In this document: one piece after another, positions 12,901-27,923 of the stretch
Position numbering within the stretch: the stretch's first letter is position 1
Layout: each line of letters opens with the position of its first letter
Source of the DNA: Trichinella spiralis
Taxonomy: Eukaryota
Direction: 5' to 3'
Assembly (NCBI RefSeq): GCF_000181795.1
Contig: NW_003526943.1
Span: forward strand, 11,832,007 to 11,896,006
Length of the DNA stretch: 64,000 nt
Notes under the pieces: model-generated
Database searches by the model: none
The model's input: the letters and a program-made list of their open reading frames with translations, nothing else
What the model was told of the DNA's origin: nothing
Program-made: the position numbers and the translations under genes

Positions 12901-13625
12901 TTTTCGATTTGTCACTCTCTTGATGTATTGCTTTAATATTCACAGTTGAAGGCTCAACGAAATGTAATTAATGCAAAGGAATTTACAATAAGAAAGTGTA
13001 TAAAATAAGAAAAGGAAAAATGCGAAATGAACATCAGTAAATGTTATGTATTTGAACTTTTTCGAAACGTACTTACTTTTTTTATTCCTACAGTATGCAT
13101 TTTTCTTTGTTGTCACAATTGAACATAAGAATGCGTCAAATTATTTGATTTTTTAAATTTTAATTATCTAGTTAAATGTGAGTAATTTATCATTTTGTAA
13201 TTTTTGTGGTATTTAATTTTATAATATTATTTTGTGCGTAAATGCAATTTGTTGTTCATTTTATTACTTTGTTTTTGTGCATTGACTTACTTTTTTCACT
13301 GTTTAAACCATTGGAGAGTTTAAATTTATAGTTAGTTAAAAGATTTGTTTGTTGCTTTTATATTTATTTTATTGAATATATGTATTTTTGACGAAATTTA
13401 AGATTTCTAATTTTTAACGAGTTTTTTTGAGAAACACCTTTTACGGTTTGCTGTTTTTTTACATACAAGTATTTTATCAGTGCAGTTTATTTTTAATCTT
13501 TGTATAGATTTGTATAGTGCATACGATTTGACTTTTGTCCTAAGAAATTTAATATTTCAGCAGGTGAATGAACATTCCGTAATAATTGTTGTTGACAGTG
13601 GAGAAGTTTACGGCATTTTTAAGTT

Positions 13626-14340
13626 ATGAACGGAGAAAGAAGTGCCCCAGAGTGTAAGAGGGACACTTACTTTCGGCAGCTGAAACTTCTTACTAACAAT
13701 TTGAAATCCAGTGAACGAAAAATAATTGACGATAATGTGTTGTTTGCACTGGCCGGTTCTTTGGTAGATGATAATGTTTTCCAAATAGTCTGTGAACTGA
13801 AAGTGAACAGTTTGATTTTGAGAGAAATATTTATGAAGTGAACCGTACGATTTTTTGTAGGATATTCAAGATTTGAAAGAATATGATATGTTTGAAAAGT
13901 ACTCACAGTTTGTGAATGAATCGAATCTTGCCAGGGAAGCTCTTCTTACACGTCAAGAGCTTGATATCCGTCGTTGTTATTCAGTTGCAGAAACTTTGAG
14001 CACTGCGGAACGAAATCGTCTAGAGCTTGAGGTGTTGTTGTTTTAAAAATTATTTTTTTATTATTTTTTTTCATTTTCAATTGTAGACTTTGAATAAAGA
14101 AACTGAATTGAAACGCAGAAGATTAGTTGGTGAACTTTTGCACGAACTTGATAACTTGATCATCAGTCAGCAAGTGGGGAAGACATTTATTTCTTTACGG
14201 TGAAATAGTAAAGTGTTTTTGTTTTTTTGTTGTAGACGATTTTGGAAAAAGCCGGCATACCATTATTCAGAAGAACCGATAGTTATAAAGACATCGGAAT
14301 TCAAATGGCTATAATCAGATTGATATTGCAACTTTTTTAG
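13626..14340 (+). CDS. DGCR6: DGCR6/gonadal family protein (4 exons)
   Basis: Spliced translation includes LFALAGSLVDDNVFQIVCELK|DIQDLKE...LLHELDNLIISQQ|TILEKAGIPLFRRTDSYKDIGIQMAIIRLILQLF*. The LA..L.D..VF.IV..L.DIQ and QQ..LEKAG.P.F..T motifs are characteristic of the family. Confidence 0.85.
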
Positions 14341-14528
14341 TTAAACAAGAAAATGCTGACAAACTTAAAATTTATCTTAATGTTAATTTTAAATAAAATA
14401 TTTATTTGCATTTGCGTTTCCGAAATCACGAAAGCAGGGTTCTGAAATGCCCATATTTATTCTTTGTTATAATGCACAACATGAATTTGATAGTAATGCA
14501 TGTGTGAAAATTTATTCAGTTTGTGACA

Positions 14529-15158
14529 ATGAACGAAAATAACAGCAGCAAACCTCTGGGCACAGAAGATTTGGATGTTCACCCAGAAGAAGCAGATCAT
14601 CAATCGTAACTAATAAAGTTGTTGTTTAGGAATTAATTGATGATTGCTTTAATTTCAGAAATGAACATGTGGATGAACGATTTCATGGGGAATCTGATGA
14701 AAAAACTAAAGAAGCCATGGATTTTAATTCAGCACTCGAATTAGATGATAACGTTTGGAATAATGTATGTTCATCAATTTAAATTATTATTATTTTTTTA
14801 ATGCATATAATAATGTGAAACTGTTTTAAGCTGTCTAATCTGTTTAACGAGATGCAGGACCGTTTTTGTACTATGTCGGAGCGCATTATGAAAAGAAATA
14901 TCCTTTCATTCATTTACTGCATAATCTGTTTTTCTTTTGTTTCAAATGATATGGCGTATTTAATTCATTTAAAAAGAAATTTAATTTTGAAATTTTTTTG
15001 GTAATGTAATTTTAGTTATTTCTTGAAAAATTAACTTCCTTAACAGCGGTGCACTTGACGATATGGGCACTCGTTTGGATGATTTAGAAAAGCTTATCAA
15101 CAACTTGATCACGCAGTCCATCATTGAAGAACAGACGGAAAAGTCACAAGCATTTTAA
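14529..15158 (+). CDS. HSBP1: Heat shock factor binding protein 1 with an acidic N-terminal extension; last intron is U12-type AT-AC
   Basis: Exons 14529-14605, 14659-14764, 14831-14897 and 15055-15158 give ...LSNLFNEMQDRFCTMSERIMKRIDDMGTRLDDLEKLINNLITQS..., matching the HSBP1 core MQD.F.TMS..I..RIDDM..R.DDLEK. Confidence 0.9.
14898..15054 (+). other. U12-type (minor spliceosome) AT-AC intron
   Basis: 5' splice site ATATCCTTT at 14898, branch-point box TTCCTTAAC at 15036-15044, 3' end CAC at 15052-15054. Removing it restores the conserved R-I-D-D-M frame (A|TT = Ile). Confidence 0.92.
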
Positions 15159-15977
15159 TGAAACAGATATTTTAAAGTGAATTTTGAAAATTTTAATCAT
15201 TTGCATTACTATTTGCTTCTCTTAGTACATGACATTTCATTTACAGATGCCATTGTATCCATTATTACTTAAGTAGTGTTTTTTTGAATAAATTCAGTTC
15301 TTGGTTTCAATGAACGGGACTTGTATATTAATTTGACAACTTTTAAACAATCACATATCAAAGCGTACACAAGATGATAGTTGCGTTTTGTCTCTGCATT
15401 ATGTTTAACTAAAATAATTTTCGTGTATATCTATCTGTTTGTGGAAAATACTGTGACAAAGTGATCCAAAAGGCAGAGATATTTTCTACTGGTGGGCATA
15501 TCTGCTTTGACACGGTCAAATAAAGCTTTCACAAACGTAATTATTCTTAATGACATATTGTATTTGACTTTTACTAGGTACAAGGAGAATTTTTGCCCTT
15601 TTCACATGCTGCATGCTGCTAATTGCATTGCAAAATAGATGTTCAGGGTGGAATATTCATTTTTATTTTAAATACATCTACACGCAAGTTTAAGTGTTTT
15701 TTATTCAAATTATTAAACAACACCGGAGCACTACGTGAATACTTACACGGCATCAAATATGAAAAGCATAGCCAACTGGTAACAGATATGCCACGGTAAG
15801 TTTTCGTGTGTTAAAGCACAACAAGCTAACAAAAAATTGCAATTTCATGGTACAACATAAGCTGTATTTTCATGATACGAAACTTGATCAGACATCACGA
15901 GAAGCATCGATGCTAAAATATTACGCAGCAATTGAAAAGAATGTGCAATTTTCTTTTATATAAAGTGAATCAATCAG

Positions 15978-17268
15978 TTACTTGGTATTAGTTTGAATTG
16001 TCTGAAGATTCACCGAATCTTTTCCCGCTTCTATTCCAGTGGTCGATTTGTCATCTGTCACACCAAAATGCCAAATTTCCTCTTTGCCCATCTGCATTAC
16101 ATGGATTACCTAAAATGTAATCGAATTGCAGAGTGTTCAGATGCAAATTAAAAGAGAAAAGCAATGTAAAATATTCAAAATTGAATACCAACAGAGAAGC
16201 TGTAAAAAAGCCAAGAGCTAATCCGCATAAGACATCACTCCAGTGATGCTTGTAATTGGAAATACGAGACAAGCCAATAGCAATGGCCAGGCAAATGAAA
16301 ATGAATTGAATAAACGGCTTTATCAGTCTGTTGTAAATGCCCCATTGAACACGTATTTGCAAATACATCTTTAAAATGCAAACCTGCATGTTATCAAAAA
16401 AAGTGGAATGGTAGAAATCATAAATTACCACTATATAAAGCATTCCGTATGCTACCAGAGACGAATGGCCAGAAGGGAATGACAGTCGTGCATCTTTGGA
16501 TAACCAGTCGTCATAATTTGTACAACTGAAATTCTCGATATAAGTATGGCCGTCGCAAGACTTTAAATCAATATCTGGTTGGCAAATTGCCAAAAAATGT
16601 GGACGAAGGCGTCCAATGCTATATTTTCCAATGTCGGTTATAGTCTGTGTAGCGGCAGCACCCAACAGAAAAAAGCCTGTGTAAAAAAACAAGAAAACAA
16701 GCATGCAAAAATCTTCATAATATGAACTCAAACTGGCACCTTAACTTTACAAAAACAAATTCTTTTTAAAATAATTTTCAGAATGTAATCATAAATACCA
16801 CAGTAATAATAAAGTCGTGAAAAAATTGGATGAAGCTTATAACCAAATAAAACTTCCACTTTTTCTGCAGGTCTTGAAAGCGTCGCCGGTTCAAATTTTA
16901 TCACTCGGTACAATTCAACTAAGCATATCTAAAAATTCAATTTTTAATCAACCATTTTTTTCGTAAAAATTAACAACTGAAAAAATTTTCCTCTATTTAC
17001 GGTTAAAATTGGAACGGGAAAGATGATCAAATTCAACACCGTCATACTAACTGTTGATTCTTTAAATGGATATCGAATTGATTCATCATCGCAATAAAAT
17101 CCACGTCTGTACGGCCAAACGAATTTATTGAAAATTAAAATTGGTAAAGAGACTAAATAAAAAAAGAAAATATATTAATAAACAGTTAAAAAAACAGATT
17201 AAGCTAAATTTACCCAAACCAAACAATAATATGTGAATTGAAATTTGAACCGGTGAATAAGTTATCAT
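15978..17268 (-). CDS. PAP2-family lipid phosphate phosphatase (PLPP/wunen-like), multi-exon
   Basis: Motifs RRGFYCDDESIRYPF, KYSIGRLRPHF (C1), SFPSGHSS (C2) and SRISNYKHHWSDV (C3) are present, with GT-AG introns. Confidence 0.9.
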
Positions 17269-19410
17269 TTTACTAGTCCTAAAAAAGTTCATCAAATGGC
17301 ATAATGACAAAATATCGCATTTCAATAATAAAATACTGTAACAATTATGCTACAGATAAATTTTTACAATAATATAAATGAACGTACATTTTTACAAGCA
17401 ATTATTAATCATCAATCAATAACGTGAATGGAATGAAAATTTCACATAACAAAATTTGTCATTGAAACAAAAAATTTCTTTTCTTAAAAGCATACTTTAT
17501 GCATTTGATTTGTAGTTTTTCTCAAAGATTTCAAAATTTTAAATTAAAAACACTGTTTTCAAGGAAACAAAAGGAATGATCAAAATATTAATAAACAAAA
17601 ATTGACAAATGTACGGCAAAATTTGTCAAAATAACATAAAATTCATCATTCAAATTAAACGCATATAATTTCAAAAAAAATCAATATAACTTGCATGTTG
17701 ACTGATATTCACATACAACCATAAATTTGTAAATGTGATGTACTGAACGTCTTAATGTACGCTTCAACCATATAACTGTGAAGAATATAATAAATAAATG
17801 GCAGCTAAGAATATTACTGTTCACTAAACTGTCTTGAAAACGCACTAGCTACTCGTCAATGGTTGATTATGAATAGAAAAAATTGTCAGCTAACGATCAG
17901 TAAATTAAAGAAGCTTTGAATGCAAAGCTGAAATAACAAATACTTTTCTTCAAATAATACAAATGTTCAAGGCATCTCAGGAAGGAATAAATAATATTCT
18001 ACAGAAAATCCCACTCACCTATTATGAATGATTCATGTTACTTGACAATTGAATAATTTTCAACTGAAAATTGCGGTCAGTGATCTCTTTACTTTTTTAG
18101 ACTTAAGTAACAATGAAAATTGCCAATTTTACTGTAACCAATACTACACAATTAATGCTTCACTGCAACTTGCCTGGTATCCTCTTTTCAAATATTTACC
18201 AACAAACCAGTTTAACAATTATTGTTCTATTTGCAAATTATGCATCTAATGCAGTCAACATTTTAAGATGTTAAATATTTCAAAAGAAAGCCTAGTATTA
18301 TCATTAAAATCTTAACATCAACTTCAAATTAATGCTTCATATTTTACTGGATATAAGATTTATTTCAAAAATAATTCAGCTGTCGCGTTTTATGCATTCT
18401 CACAATCACTTTGCCCAATTCAACCGTGAAGTTTAAATTGAAAAATCGAAAACTGAAATATGGATATCTATAAATGAAAACTGTCAATTTTAAGAATGTC
18501 ACTACGTGAAAACAACTTTTACATAACATGTTGCTATGCAACAAGCAACATGCTGATTAATTTAAGTTAATATTTACAATGTCAGTGCAAACACCTTTGT
18601 GACATAGTAACCACAATAATTTAAACAAAACTGTGCATTACGTCACATGTACACTACCGTGGGAATCTTACCTTTTAAAAATGTATGTAATTTATTAAAA
18701 CCCCAAAATATGAACAAACGTAAACATTTCACAGTAGAAAGGTTTGATTTTGAAGTTCTTTTTGTTTTATGTTATTTTTCAAAATAAGTTGTTTTAATTT
18801 TAATATTTAAAAAAGCTGTAATATTTTAATTGTAATATTAATTTTATACCAAAAATGTTGAATGTTACAGAAAAAATTGCTTAAAAACAAGTAAACAGAT
18901 ACTGTGTTATGAAACATTTTGCCAGATCCAAGTATTTAAAGAATATTTTTCCCCAAATATTCTTTACAGAAAAACTTAACTTCGATAAAAGACTTTAAAA
19001 AATGTTTACACAACAAAAATGCAAAATTATATAGCACCATCATGTGAACAAACAAATAAAAGCCTACAGTAATATTAACGTCTTACTGTAAAAATATCTT
19101 TTTAAAACATTTTCTAACTAAATTTTTTATCAGTAAATTTTCAGTGTTTTTATAATAATTATTTCTTATTTTTATAACGAAAAGCTTCAGTTCTTTTGCA
19201 ACATTCCGTTATTTTATTTTCAATGGATGATAAAACAAATAAAATTTATTTCTGCAACTTTATCAATCATGCATTTTTTCATTTTTTTTCAAAACAATCT
19301 ACAATATCTATACAATGTGTACTGTAATTGTTATTGATCTTAATATTTTATTTTCTACAGTATTATTGGACAATTGATTATTATGAAAAGCTGATATGAA
19401 ATTGTGATAA

Positions 19411-20553
<1,143 letters not shown>

Positions 20554-21463
20554 CATATGTTGAAACATCGATATTTCTTCAAATGTAAGTTCATTTATGC
20601 GAATTCTGAAGCAGATAAAAATGACTGTTTTTTTATTTGAGAATATATAAATTGCCTTAAGAGCGTTGACTTTAACTGTGTAATTGTTTTGTTACTTAAA
20701 TTATTTAAATAAACTGAAATATTTCATATTCATGAAAGTCAAGTTGAAATTATTTTTGCAATCTTGCTAATTATTTTCTACAGTATACAATGTTATATTT
20801 TTTGCAATTTCTGACGTGTGGATGAGAATATGATGAATTGATAAAATAGATAATTTAATTAAGAATATACATTCTCCGTCGAATGTGAAATGAATTAAAA
20901 TATGAATATAAAAAGCGGAAAACATTGAACTTCATTAATAAATAGGCAAATAGTTAAAGCTCATTATTAATATCATCATAGTAATGTCTGCTTTGAATTC
21001 TAAGAATAGATTTAGTTAAATGTTGCTAACGGGAATAAGCGCTTTTTTTCTAAAGAAACAGATGCTCATGTTAAATGTAACATTTAATGCAATGACAATT
21101 CTTTTGAAATAGTTTAATGTTATTAAAATATATGCATTGTTTTTTGTTTTATTTTAGATTTTCGGTTAAAGAACTCGGTTACTGAAGAAAACATTTTTTT
21201 TGAAAAATTATGTTACTCAGTGATAGAATCTTTTCATATTTGCAAATTATTTGAACGCTACAAATGCTAGTTTGTAGTTAGTTGGTAAAAAATGGTTTTT
21301 TGTCTAGTAAAACTTTATTCTAACGTTGGACATTTTTTTTCCAAATTATAATGGTTTGTGTTCGATTACTTTTTGATTATGCAATTTATGTATATATATA
21401 TGTATATAGTTTGTAATATTGCTAAATGGGTAAAATGTTCAGCTTGGAAATAAGGATTAGAAT

Positions 21464-22088
21464 ATGTCACACTTTGATGAACGTTCAGGAATCATCGCTT
21501 GTCAGACTCCATGGGGTCGTTGGTGGCAAACTCTAGAAGAAGTGTTCGTTGAATTTGAACTTCAAAAGCCTGTAAAAGGGAAACAGTTATTTGGAGAAAT
21601 AACAAAGAAAACAGTTCGCTTTGAAATTAATGGCGAACCTTTATTGAAGGTAATTTTTTAATTAAAATTTCCTCTATAACTGCATATTGATAAGTATTAT
21701 TAATATTGAATTAGAAAATGATCATTTTTCAGTCATGAGTCATATTTTAGGGGGAATTGTTTAATATTGTGCACGAAAATGAGTCGACTTGGACAGTGGA
21801 GAAGAATTTATTATGTATAATGTTGTCCAAAGCAAAAGCAGACAGTTCAAATTGTTGGCGCAGTTTGTTCGCAGATGGTGATTTTAAAGCAGATGAGGAG
21901 ACATTTGATTACATGGAGAGAAAATTAGTTTTGGAGAAGTTTCAGAAAGAAGTTTGAATGATAATTTTATTTCCCTTTTGCTTCTAGCATTATTTCATAT
22001 TTTACTGTTATAGAATCCTGGAATGGATTTTACAGGTTCAGAAATAACAGGCAATTACCACAATGGTGGACCACAATTGCCCGATTGA
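21464..22088 (+). CDS. NUDCD2: NudC domain-containing protein 2 (3 exons)
   Basis: MSHFDERSGIIACQTPWGRWWQTLEEVFVE...ESTWTVE...LVLEKFQKE|NPGMDFTGSEITGNYHNGGP, which are the NUDCD2 N- and C-terminal signatures. Confidence 0.92.
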
Positions 22089-23054
22089 ACAATTCCAACG
22101 GAATAAGTGGTCATCATCGAATGATGTTGAAATATGATCATTTTAATATATTCTCTGTAGCATATTGTAATTTAAACTCCTTATTAAGGTAAATGAAATT
22201 CTTTATTTCGCAAAGACTCTGCTAAGTTTCAAATTACTTTTAGTTTGTTTTGTGTTGTTGTTGTTTTTGGCTTTTTCAAAAAAATAGAAAATTTCAAAAA
22301 AAAGGTTTTACGTTGTATTTTTCTCAATAATCAATGGCATTTATCATAAATTTGAAAATAATAATAGTGAACAAATTTAAAGTGAATTTTATTTCAAAAT
22401 TTCTTCGATAGGGGGTGGGGAAGGAGGAGTTTTATTGGTCGTTTTATTTTATTGGTTAAATGATTTTTTACGATTCGCTCATATGAAAAAATGCTGCTCA
22501 TAAATTATAAAAATTTCAAATAACATATTTTGCACTAGTGCAGCTGATGAAATTCTGAGCTGCGTATGCAAAGCAAGAGCATTTACACAGGAGCGAATCG
22601 CATGAAAAATCATTCGAAACCAATAAAAAATGCCTCCGCTAAAATCATTGGCTCAGGTAAAAATTTGTCCAAATTGGACCATCTCTAAAATTCAATTTTT
22701 GAAACACATTTACAATTTAAAAGAAAAAAGATAATTAATAATGGTTGCAAACATGCATATTATAATTTGATATATTATCTCTTTCACATGAAAGTGAAAG
22801 AAAAAACAATGTTGAAAGAGTAATATCAATTTCCATAAAACAAGTAAAACATATACTAACTACAGTTATGAATGTACAAATGAAATAATAACATCTAAAT
22901 AGTAGTAGTAGTATTATCCCACAATAATAATATTATTATCATTATTATAACTGATGCTGCTATTCTGAGTTGAATTAGGTAAGAAAAATCGTGATGCTGC
23001 GGAACCAAAACCAAATTTGTAAAGAAAAAAAGTAATTCGTGCAAGTCATGCCGT

Positions 23055-26000
23055 TCACGCATGAGGACTTGGTGCTTTAGTCAGGGATAATTTTCTTGGT
23101 CGATCTGCATCTTCCATTGAACTGGACAAAGTGCGCTGCAAATCCATCCCAGGAATGCTGATACCATTCACTGGTAAGAGGAGAAAAATTTGAAAAATTG
23201 ATGACATGCCAAAATTGATTGTTCACTTACTGACACCGCAACCTTTTCCGAAAAGAATCAACGCTCGAGTGAGTTTTTCAGGCTAAAATTGAAATGGAAT
23301 TTATATTTCAGAACAGATTTAATAAGGCTTATTATATATGTATATATACAGCTTCGGAAATGACGTCTCCGACATCATCAACGACCAATAAAGTGGACTT
23401 CAGTTTGCTCATCGACTGATGCATAGTGTAGACAGTGTGCAGATGGGATGCGCGAGAACCAACCACAAGAAGCGCATCGACTCTGAAAGAGGAAATTAAA
23501 AAAAAAAAGAAATGATAATAGCTGAAGATGGAATTTGAAAAGTGACCAATCACTAACTGAAGTTTCTCGGCTAAATCTGTCGACAAATCAGTTCTGCGCA
23601 TGAAACTATCCAAATATAAGCTCATGTTGTACGGATTCAATTTCTCTTTCACGTGAGTCAAATATTCCGCAACTTTTTCTGGATTGTCGTCGGCAGTCTA
23701 TAAAAAAACCATCTATATACGGTCATCATCTGGATTGGATACACAATAATAGATTATGTACAGAGCCAAATTTGTGAAATATCAAATAATCAAATGCCGA
23801 CTGATTGATAACGTGACAGCTCAACTTTCGACCAATCATCTACAAAATAAATAATTGTTTTTAATTGATCAATTTTCAAAAAGCAATAAATATGCTTTAT
23901 TTTTGTTTACTTTATCTTTAATATATTCCACCACCCCAGCAGTAGTAGACGTGCAGTGGACAAGAACAATACCAAGGCATCGATTGGAATGCATCATCTT
24001 GAAAAAGAATAAAATACTAGAAACAGTAAAAGAACAAGAAAAATCATTACAGCAAAACGGCATATTATATTTGCTCCTGCACCTTCTCCGAATCCAATCG
24101 CAGTTTTGAAACTGAAATACAAACATTCCATTGTTACAATTTGTATATCTATGTAGAATTTTATTTTTTATTAAAAATATTTACTTGAAATAATCCAAAA
24201 CGAACGATAAATCTTCTGCAATTTTATCCAACGTAGGAAAAACAAAACTAAAAATAAAAATTATAAAAAAATTACAACTAAACAAAATACACAACTGAGA
24301 ATTTTACTCATTTGGCAGATTTGGCGCATTATCTTCTTGTCCAACGACACAAACGTGCAAAAAGATAGATTTATTCCTGACGTCAGTCATGCAAGGATTC
24401 ATCACATACTGCGCGAGACTTTTATCTGAAATTCATACATTTATTTAACACGAAAAACTTTTCAATTTATTGAACAAATTCTTAACCTGAAAAAGAATTA
24501 TTTATTTGTAGGAAAAAATGGCAATACAATTTACTTACAATTAGCTCCAATATCGTGACATGTTATGAAAATAGTTTTCCCTTGTCGTTCATCCAAATTG
24601 CCCTGAAATTTAACAAAAATTAACTGCTATAATTGAAAAAGTTCAACATTTCCATCAATATCAATCAATCTGACGACACGTATAACATTGGCATTTAAAT
24701 TTAAATTATCTCAATCAATCGATTGACTGCATCATAAGTTGAAAAAAGTAAAAGAAAAAATACTGAAATTGTTGAAATGTCATTTTCAATACTACTACAA
24801 ATAAGTTCCGTTGATATTATATACATTTCAAAGAGGTTAAAAAATCATACAAGCACATAATAATGTAAACTCATATTTCTATATACATAGATCTATTTGC
24901 TTAAATATACCAATTCTAAGCGCTTACCTGGACAAAAACTTTTATTGTTCCGCTTGGTGGAGTTGGAATTTCGAAAGACTAAAATAAAATAAAAATATAC
25001 TGGTAAATTTGAGATATTTTCAAATTTTAAATGAAAAAAATCTCTCAAGCATATTATGTATGCAATCAGATTGAAGAGATGTTGCTGTTGGCTTCATTTT
25101 TATGCATTGAAATTTGATACAAAATTAAAACTATTGCAAGTAGGTTTTGCTAAAATTACAGAAGTAAGGTATTTTTCAAAATTTATTAGGTGAATTGATT
25201 TTAGAAAAAAAACACAATCAGACGAAAATCATTTGTTACCAATTCATTAAATGCAAACTGAACTGCTTGGTGTAAATTCAATTGCTTGCAACATCTGTCC
25301 TTAGACAACATAATTGCAACTGTTTACTGTAGGTTAATTCAAAAAAATCTAGCCCAAGAACAAGAAGATTTAAAAATAAGACATAATTTGCTTTTTGCTG
25401 TTTTATCTTTTGAAAAACTTATCCATAGCGTTTAACAGTTTTTCGTAGATTTAAAAATGAAAATTAGAAAAGGAATATTTTTTTGCCTTCTTCCATGAAA
25501 CCAAAACGCACTAAGCAACATTCAAAATTAGAAGAATGTATCGAGTTGAATTGAATAAGCAACGTGAATTTCCTTTCATCACTGTGGTGAATAAATTGGA
25601 CTGTTAATTATGGAAAATATTTCATTAAACATTAAAAATCTAATCGTCATACACGTTTACCTGATGGTAGAACAAATTTCACGTGCAACATTAATCAATA
25701 AACAAAAAAGGAAAGAAAACTGCATTTATCTACAGTACAATGTTTATTTTAGCTAAGCAACATGTTTAATGGAAAATCAAATTAAGCCATATAAAAATCA
25801 ACTTTCACATCTATATATTACATTTACTTATTTATTTATTCGTATTATACTGACGTCAACTGTGAAAAGTTGCAATTAGCTTCCATTATTTCTAGGTTAC
25901 TGTTGTTCTAAAGTACTCAACCAAATAAAACCCAAAGTTTATAGGAAAGCAATTAAAATCAAAGAGAATTGTAAAATTTCAAATTAGCATGTGCATATAT

Positions 26001-27923
26001 TATGAGAAATAGTATTCAATTAAAAACAAAAATATGCAGTCAATGTTGAATTTGCTATTTCAAATTTGTGCTGATGAAAAATAGAATTTTAAAAATAAAA
26101 ATTGTTCACATATTGAAAAGCCGAGCTTATTATGTTCATCGGTAAAAATAAAAGTGAATGCAAAGCAACAAATGATAAACCGGTAAACTTGGTTAAAAAG
26201 AATGCTGCAAGACTAGTTCTATTCAATGATCACAAAGTCATGGACAAATCACAGTATTAGAAAAATTCTCTCTCGACCTGAAATTCAAAAAATGCTTCCA
26301 CTTTATAAGTGAATATTAAAAACAAAAAACAAAGGTCAATACAATTTAAAAATCTTATCGTTTATTTTTAATTACGATGAAATTTTAATTACTGATGAAG
26401 ATGATGATCGATTTTCTTAGCATTGTAAAAGTTTGATCGACTGCGAAATGAAATTAGCTCAACAATATTTGTTGTCGAGCTTTTTAGTCGTTCAACTTTA
26501 ACATGAAACTTTCATTTAATACTGAAAAGGTTGAAAGTAAATCGATCAATTTTTCTTTCCAATAAAACAACCCTTCTTTTAATGATTTTCTTAATTGAAC
26601 AACAAATTAATCAAATCGTACAAATGAATGTAAAAAGAAAGAAATTATAATACATGTATTCGATAGATTCATATTCAATTGTTGTTAATTGTTCACCAAG
26701 CTTAAAACAGTTTTTTGCAATAAACTTGTTGTTGAAGAGCAGCAGTAATTTTACTACTCTGCTGGCATTGGTGAAAAAGCATCCAGTAAGAATATAAATA
26801 TATATATAAATAAAATGCCAGTCGTGCGTTCTACGCACCTGCTTCACACGACAACTGGTTTTGATAAACGGATAGCAAATCTTGAAAGCTTAATGATTTT
26901 TTTCTTCAAATTCAATTTAAAGCAAAGCAAGCTAAAAAACCATCTACCATTGTATCAATTATTCATTTTTGCATAAAGTAAAAGCAAGAAAACAAATAAA
27001 CAAATATAAGCACAAACATCTCAGAATGAGTGAACAATAATTCAAACTGTTTGTTTACACAAAAAATGGAAAACCTTAATGCAGTAAAAATTGAAATTAT
27101 CATTGCACCAAATTTCTCTTTTTTATTCTTGCGTTGAAGAGAAATAAATTTCCATTGAAAAAAATTAAGAGTATTTCTTTTTTCCAATTTCTACTGAATA
27201 TATGTATAGATTTATGCAGTCGGTCGGCCATCCGTTTTCCTGCGTCTTATGAAATTGGTTAGATAATTTGAACACACCAAATGAATGTATTTATTCACCA
27301 CCAACTGGGTGGGCAACAATGCCTATCGAAAAATTCAAACAAACCAACCAAGCACACACAAATATTGAGGCTAACTACGAATTCATTGATTTCTAACGTT
27401 TCTGCCTTCCGCAGATGAAACACAACCTCTGGAGCATTTCAGTTTTCCATTAGCGCTCCTTATATTCTTCAGTTTCAATTATTAAATACTTTCTTTATCA
27501 CTTGTAATTTTATACTCTTTTTAATAACAATTTTCTCACAACTGATATCTACACCTGAACTAAAATACCGTTTGGTTGAAATTTCTTCAAAATCAAAAAA
27601 GAAGCCGCAACTTCTCTGCATCAATTCACCTGCGGAACATTTTTGCAAAATTAAAATAAATGAACAATTATTTTAAAAAACTATATTATCTAAAAATTCG
27701 ATCATTGCCATTGGCAAACAGTTTGCACTTCTGAAATGTTGAATTCAAATTGTCCAATGCCTGGCAGTTGAAAGATCGTTAAATCATTAACTCAAAAATT
27801 ACTCAAAACATCTGCCTAATCAATCACATTCAAATATTAAACAACTTTCATTGACAGCTAAAGTTTAAATTCAAAATTTTATTTCAATCATACCTTGAGG
27901 TCGGCTAAAATATCTTCCGCCAT
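23055..27923 (-). CDS. NDRG/Ndr family alpha/beta-hydrolase-fold protein (multi-exon)
   Basis: Probable exon 1 MAEDILADLK (27923-27894) splices in phase to SFEIPTPSGTIKVFVQ|GNLDERQGKTIFITCHDIGAN...HVCVVGQEDNAP...FPTLDKIAEDL...GFGEGAGANI...PEKLTRALILFGKGCGV...SSMEDADRPRKLS. The exon 1 assignment is less certain than the rest. Confidence 0.88.

Noticed and set aside
22410..22430. G-rich run GGGGGTGGGGAAGGAGGAG as a G-quadruplex
   Set aside because: Only two runs of three or more G; no support for a stable G4.
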